DNA of 64,000 bases from an uncultured Verrucomicrobiae bacterium (GTDB lineage Bacteria; Verrucomicrobiota; Verrucomicrobiia; Chthoniobacterales; UBA10450), in assembly GCA_963834385.1 (NCBI GenBank), contig CAWIBO010000002.1:512001-576000 (forward strand), written 5' to 3'. The notes beneath the pieces were generated by a model. The model saw only the letters and a program-made list of their open reading frames with translations. It ran no database searches and had not been told where the DNA came from. Positions 59,872 through 64,000 of this stretch are shown here, in pieces; position 1 is the stretch's first letter, and every line of letters starts with the position of its first letter. The translations under genes were made by a program, and so were the position numbers.

Positions 59872-60108
59872 ATGAATCATTATCGGCTGTTACTCCGCGA
59901 CTTTAACATGTTGGTGGCAGAGAAGGCCACGGTGGCTAAACAGAAGGCCAAACAAGGTTCACTTTTTGAGCATGGTCGACTTTCTGCCTATCACGACATC
60001 CTGACTTTGATGCATGCCCAGGCGAAAAACTTTGATCTAGATTTAGACGATATCGGATTAGCAGGGGTAAACCCAGAAAGCTTCCTGAGTGCAACTGCGC
60101 CCGATTGA
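59872..60108 (+). CDS. Small helical hypothetical protein (island cassette 3)
   Basis: 78-aa ORF MNHYRLLLRDF..GRLSAYHDILTLMHAQAKNF..LDDIGLAGVNPE. Confidence 0.62.
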   Translation: MNHYRLLLRDFNMLVAEKATVAKQKAKQGSLFEHGRLSAYHDILTLMHAQAKNFDLDLDDIGLAGVNPESFLSATAPD

Positions 60109-60222
60109 ATTGACCACGGTAAAGACGATTGGCGGCGTCTCGAAGGGATGGAAACCTTATGGAGCTTTGGGCCGCGGTGAAAGACTGCTGAAAAACCCAG
60201 GGGCTTCAGGACAGGTAACTCG

Positions 60223-60595
60223 ATGAAGGTGTTCGTTATCCTAGACAAGGAGGTCGGCCCGGCCATTCGCAAATATCATCATGAAGGCCATGTCTGGGTG
60301 GTTGAATCCGATCTTAATACCGGCTTTGTGAAGCGTTTCTGGCCGAGCACAGAGTATTGTACGAGTGAATTTGTACATTACCACTTTTACTCTCCAAGAT
60401 GAGGAGACAAACGATGTTTCGGCGGCCGAGTTTATCGAGAACATCTTTATTCATTACCCGGAGTGTGATGAGCTGAGAGTTATCGGAAGGATTGCTCGGA
60501 AAGGAGCAGAAGAGACCTTGGAGGCTCTCGGGTTCAGCGACTTCTCCGCCGGTGGTGACGGCTCACTTGTCGCCCAACTCTCAAGTGAAAAGTAG
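60223..60595 (+). pseudogene. Hypothetical protein split by a +1 frameshift near 60345-60365 (island cassette 4)
   Basis: MKVFVILDKEVG..HVWVVESDLN..FW (60223-60402) continues in another frame as ITTF..LRVIG..LEALGFSDF (60365-60595). Confidence 0.55.
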
Positions 60596-60602
60596 GAGCT
60601 GA

Positions 60603-60780
60603 GCACAAAGCGCCGTTCGTTCACACGATGCAGGCGGAACTGACACTTACCAACTGTATTACGGCGCGCTGGAGCGGACGGTGCGGCGCGTGCTTAACGG
60701 CGTTGCTACCTGGTTTTGGTTCGACGGTGAGAAACCGATTGGCGATTATGACACGGGGGGACGCTGGCAGGCAACGGACA
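60603..60780 (+). pseudogene. RHS/YD-repeat core fragment
   Basis: Translates as ..TYQLYYGALERTVRRVLNGVATWFWFDGEKPIGDYDTGGRWQAT, an RHS-type YD repeat segment with no credible start. Confidence 0.7.
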
Positions 60781-60952
60781 GCAAAAGGGACCGGCCGCGA
60801 TGCCTACGCTCCCAAAGCGGAGAATGTTCGCCACAGATTTACACAGATTGGGATCGCTGTTGATTTCCCCATTTGTGAAAACTGTGTTCACCTGTGGATG
60901 ATCTCCTCAAGGACTCTGAGCTGGCGGGCAACGTCTACGGGCTTGGGATCGA
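60781..60952 (+). repeat. Island repeat unit, internally deleted copy (A2)
   Basis: gcaaaaggg..gcgatgcctacgctcccaaagcggagaatgttcgccacagat..gctggcgggcaacgtctacgggcttgggatcgac. Confidence 0.88.
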
Positions 60953-61017
60953 CCCAACGAGATGAACCACGACATTTCGCATTTGTCTCCCTTTTCGTCT
61001 TTGGTCGTTGATCTCAA

Positions 61018-61461
61018 ATGAGCTTTAACCGGGCGACCGTTTTATATGCGTCCCTCATTGTTCTCGTCTTCGCGATGGGAATCGCGGTGGGTAAGTATCT
61101 CTTTGAGCCCGCCGAAACTGTCATTCCCGCGCATTACCAGGACGAATTGTCATTACTCACTTGGAAAGGGCGAGACGGGACCATCTGTTTTCTGCTGGTC
61201 CCGAGGAGTGAGAAGAGCCATGTGACTCACGACTTCTGGAGTAAATGGAAGGGCAAGTGCGGAGTATCAGAACTTAAGAACGCCCTAGCCCTTGTTCCCA
61301 GCGACAAAAGCGTACGCTGGAGTAATCGTCCTCCGCGGTTCGTCTTGCCATCCGAACGATTCTGCGACGAGATCGTTTCGTTCGCCCACAAAAATGGAGT
61401 CGATCTTGGTATCAATCCTATGTTGGATGTAGAGATGTTCACTGATTGGGAGCCGCGATAG
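61018..61461 (+). CDS. Hypothetical membrane-anchored protein (island cassette 5)
   Basis: N-terminal TM (VLYASLIVLVFAMGIAVG); 147 aa; lower GC. Confidence 0.68.
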   Translation: MSFNRATVLYASLIVLVFAMGIAVGKYLFEPAETVIPAHYQDELSLLTWKGRDGTICFLLVPRSEKSHVTHDFWSKWKGKCGVSELKNALALVPSDKSVRWSNRPPRFVLPSERFCDEIVSFAHKNGVDLGINPMLDVEMFTDWEPR

Positions 61462-61774
61462 GGGTTGGTGGAAGATCCGACACGAAAGAGCCACGCTTTC
61501 TGGAGCTTCTAGGCGAGTCGCTCTCGCGACCGCCAGAACGGCAACTCCAATAGGTGTCGAACCGGCCGCGAAGCCTCGGTTCAAGGCCGAATCAGCGGAT
61601 GTTATCCTTGAAGGCGACTACCTTTTCTTCCCGTGGGGGTCGGAGTCAGGCGAGAAGCCACCTGAACGGCATTCTGGAATTGTCATGCTCCCATCGGTTC
61701 GCCGTATCGGCTCAGTCGTGCTCGGTTCCGGCGAAGGAATGTTATACCGGCGCGCCCGTAGTTAACAGTGGCCG

Positions 61775-62019
61775 GGCAAAAGGGGTCGGTCCTTTTTTTT
61801 GCGTTTTTGATGACCTGAGAAGGATCAGGTCGCGACCCGGCGGCGATGCCCACGATTCCAAAGCGGAGAGTTTCGCCACAGATAGACCCTGATTAAGATG
61901 GCCGTCGATTTCCCCATCTGTGAAAATCTGTGTTCATCTGTGGATGATCTCTTCCAGGACTCTGAGATGACGCTGGCGGGCAACGTTTACGGGCTCGGGA
62001 TCGACGAGATCGTGATCCG
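61775..62019 (+). repeat. Island repeat unit, most complete copy (B plus A3)
   Basis: Contains aaggggtcggtcc, GACCTGA-N6-TCAGGTC, ccacagat..atctgtgg and MTLAGNVYGLGIDEIVIR. Confidence 0.88.
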
Positions 62020-62129
62020 GCGGTTGCCGAGATTCCACCGGCCGGCCCTTGTGCCGAACCGCTGACGCCGCCAAAATAGCCGGCACCGTGAGGGACGAGG
62101 TCCGCCGCGGGGAAAAGTGCGCGCCGCCG

Positions 62130-63272
62130 ATGAGATTGCTCGACCGATACGTTTTACGACAATTCCTGCAGGCCTACCTCTACTGCATCATCAGCTTCAT
62201 TTCGATCTGGCTGATTTTTGACCTGAGCGAAAGCATCTCGAACATCCTCGAGCAACGTCTGCCGCCCGGCCGCATCGCGCAATATTATCTCCTGCAAGCC
62301 CCGCAGATTATCGTCGTCCTGCTCCCGGTCTCCCTTCTCCTGGCCCTCCTTTTCAGCCTCGGGAAGATGTCGCGCGCCAACGAGATCGTTTCCATGCTCG
62401 CGGCCGGCATCAGCGTTCCGCGGATCCTGCTGCCCCTCTTCGCGGCCGGCCTTGTCAGCACCGTGGTCAGCGGCGTGCTGAACTATTCCCTCGCGCCCCA
62501 GGCCGAGAACGTCCGCCGCGATTTTCTCGATGCCGCCCCCAGCCGACGCGACCAGGTCGGACTGAGGGCGCAGATCTTCCGGAACCGGAGCGATCATCGG
62601 ACCTGGTTCATCCAGCATTACAAGCCGGGCGGAAACGAGTTCAGCAGCCTGCAAATCCTGCAACAGGACGCGCAGGACAACATCGTGCGCGCCTATTTTG
62701 CCACCCGCGCCTTTTATCGGCCGGAGACCAGGGAATGGGAACTCCAGCTCGGCAAAAAGGTCGAGTATGACGAGGCCGGCAGCATCACAGGCGAGGAGGT
62801 TTTTCCCTCGTTGCTCCTGCGCGAATGGAGCGAAACGCCTTTCCGGCTCATGAGCGCGCACCTGAAGGCCGAGTCGCTCAGCGTCCCGGAGCTGCGGCAA
62901 TATCTCCGGTTCAACGCCGATTTCCCGCAGCCTTTGCTCGCCCCTTACCGCACGCATCTCCATTACCGGTTCGCCCTCCCCTGGTCGTGCCTTATCGTCG
63001 TTTTCATTGCCGGGCCGCTCGCCATCGGTTTTTCCCGTCGCGGCGTCCTTTCCAGCGTGGGCGCGGCCATTCTCCTGGTTTTCGCGATGAATTTTCTCGG
63101 CTTCTTCTTCCTCGCCCTGGGCGAGGGACATCGCATCCCGGCCTGGACGGCGGCCTGGGCGCCCAACGTGATTTTCACCCTCCTCGGCCTTTATCTGCTC
63201 TACCTCCGGAGCACGAACCGCGATTGGCCGCAGTTTAAACCGGCCGCCAGCCGGGTTATGGTCAGCCCATGA
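62130..63272 (+). CDS. LptF/LptG family LPS export permease
   Basis: MRLLDRYVL, P..LL..L..LG..SRANEIVSMLAAGIS, RFALP, AAWAPN. Confidence 0.9.
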   Translation: MRLLDRYVLRQFLQAYLYCIISFISIWLIFDLSESISNILEQRLPPGRIAQYYLLQAPQIIVVLLPVSLLLALLFSLGKMSRANEIVSMLAAGISVPRILLPLFAAGLVSTVVSGVLNYSLAPQAENVRRDFLDAAPSRRDQVGLRAQIFRNRSDHRTWFIQHYKPGGNEFSSLQILQQDAQDNIVRAYFATRAFYRPETREWELQLGKKVEYDEAGSITGEEVFPSLLLREWSETPFRLMSAHLKAESLSVPELRQYLRFNADFPQPLLAPYRTHLHYRFALPWSCLIVVFIAGPLAIGFSRRGVLSSVGAAILLVFAMNFLGFFFLALGEGHRIPAWTAAWAPNVIFTLLGLYLLYLRSTNRDWPQFKPAASRVMVSP

Positions 63273-63781
63273 ACCCGCTCGCGCACGACTGGCCGATCAA
63301 GCACCGCGCCGAAAGCTGCGCCGTGACCGGGCGTCCCTTTGTCGAGGGCGAATTTTTCTACACCCTCCTTTTCCGCGAGGGAGAGGGATTCCGGCGGGAA
63401 GACCTGAGCGAGGAGGCCTGGGCGGCCCGGAACGAGAACATCCGCCCATTCAGCTTCTGGAAGACGCGCTACGAACCGCCCCCGCCCGCGCCGCCCGAGG
63501 CCCTGCCGCGCGAGAACGCGGAGGAACTGCTCCGGCGGCTCCTGGCCGAAGGCGCGGAGAAAAATGCCCGGGCCTGCTACGTCCTCGCCGTCATGCTCGA
63601 GCGAAAACGCATCCTCAAGCAGATCAAGACGGATGAGACCGAGGGCCGCCGCGTCCTCGTCTATGAGCAGGGCAAAACGGGCGATGTCTTCCTCGTGCCC
63701 GACGTCCAGCTGCGCCTCGACGAGGTGGAAAGCGTGCAGCGCGAAGTCTCCGGCCTCCTGAGCGAGGCCGTCTCCTCATGA
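63269..63781 (+). CDS. Hypothetical protein
   Basis: ATGA-coupled at both ends; host-like codon usage; FSFWK and YVLAVMLERKRILK. Confidence 0.75.
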   Translation: MNPLAHDWPIKHRAESCAVTGRPFVEGEFFYTLLFREGEGFRREDLSEEAWAARNENIRPFSFWKTRYEPPPPAPPEALPRENAEELLRRLLAEGAEKNARACYVLAVMLERKRILKQIKTDETEGRRVLVYEQGKTGDVFLVPDVQLRLDEVESVQREVSGLLSEAVSS

Positions 63782-64000
63782 AACCGCCCCTTCTGCCCTG
63801 GTTCAGCGCCAGCGGCAGCTTCCCGCTTTATCTCGCCCCCATGGCCGGCGTGACCGACAAGATCTTCCGCCAGATCTGCCGCGAATTCGGCGCCGATGTT
63901 CTCGTGACCGAATTCGTCTCGTCGGAAGGCGTTTTCCGCCGCAACGACCGGACCCGCGAATACCTCGACTTCGACGAGATCGAACGGCCGCTGGGCGTCC
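63778..64000 (+). CDS. dusB: tRNA-dihydrouridine synthase (3'-partial)
   Basis: LAPMAGVTD..FR.IC...GAD...TEFVS. Confidence 0.85.
   Translation, partial: MKPPLLPWFSASGSFPLYLAPMAGVTDKIFRQICREFGADVLVTEFVSSEGVFRRNDRTREYLDFDEIERPLGV

Noticed and set aside
58404..62019. Island repeats as a CRISPR array
   Set aside because: Repeats are 50-245 bp, degenerate and separated by whole genes; no cas genes are present.
58260..62040. Integron cassette array
   Set aside because: No integrase in the window, and I could not identify consistent RYYYAAC..GTTRRRY attC ends after each ORF; the repeats carry RHS-like coding sequence instead. An IntegronFinder run would settle it.

Overview
GC-rich bacterial chromosome segment. 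Gene content and a TGTTC-N4-GAACA operator suggest Verrucomicrobiota, probably Chthoniobacterales (inference). Most of it is housekeeping and envelope genes: an FAD/Fe-S oxidoreductase, an ECF sigma plus Ser/Thr kinase pair, alpha-2-macroglobulin and pbpC, a pilin, deoC, an autotransporter, an aldehyde dehydrogenase, can, guaD-nadC-birA, a 5'-3' exonuclease, an AhbAB-like protein, tRNA-Lys, tRNA-Gly, an ABC exporter, an EPS export locus, pgsA, gnd, dnaE2/imuB, dinG, an LptF/G permease and dusB. Six otherwise intact genes carry single-base frameshifts that look like long-read indel errors. Four things stand out. (1) A lower-GC island of about 3.7 kb (58.3-62.0 kb) holds five small, co-oriented, immunity-like genes, most preceded by a short headless toxin-tail-like frame. 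They are interspersed with full and partial copies of a ~245-bp composite repeat that ends in an RHS-core fragment (GNVYGLGIDEI), and no intact RHS toxin is present. (2) In an SOS mutagenesis cassette, a LexA-type box precedes a membrane-anchored helical-repeat protein in place of imuA, followed by an N-terminally truncated imuB and dnaE2. (3) A 123-bp GTAG-type palindromic element sits in frame inside the PHP domain of dnaE2. (4) Intergenic regions are built from several REP-like and short tandem repeat families, and there is a candidate sRNA or attenuator upstream of guaD.
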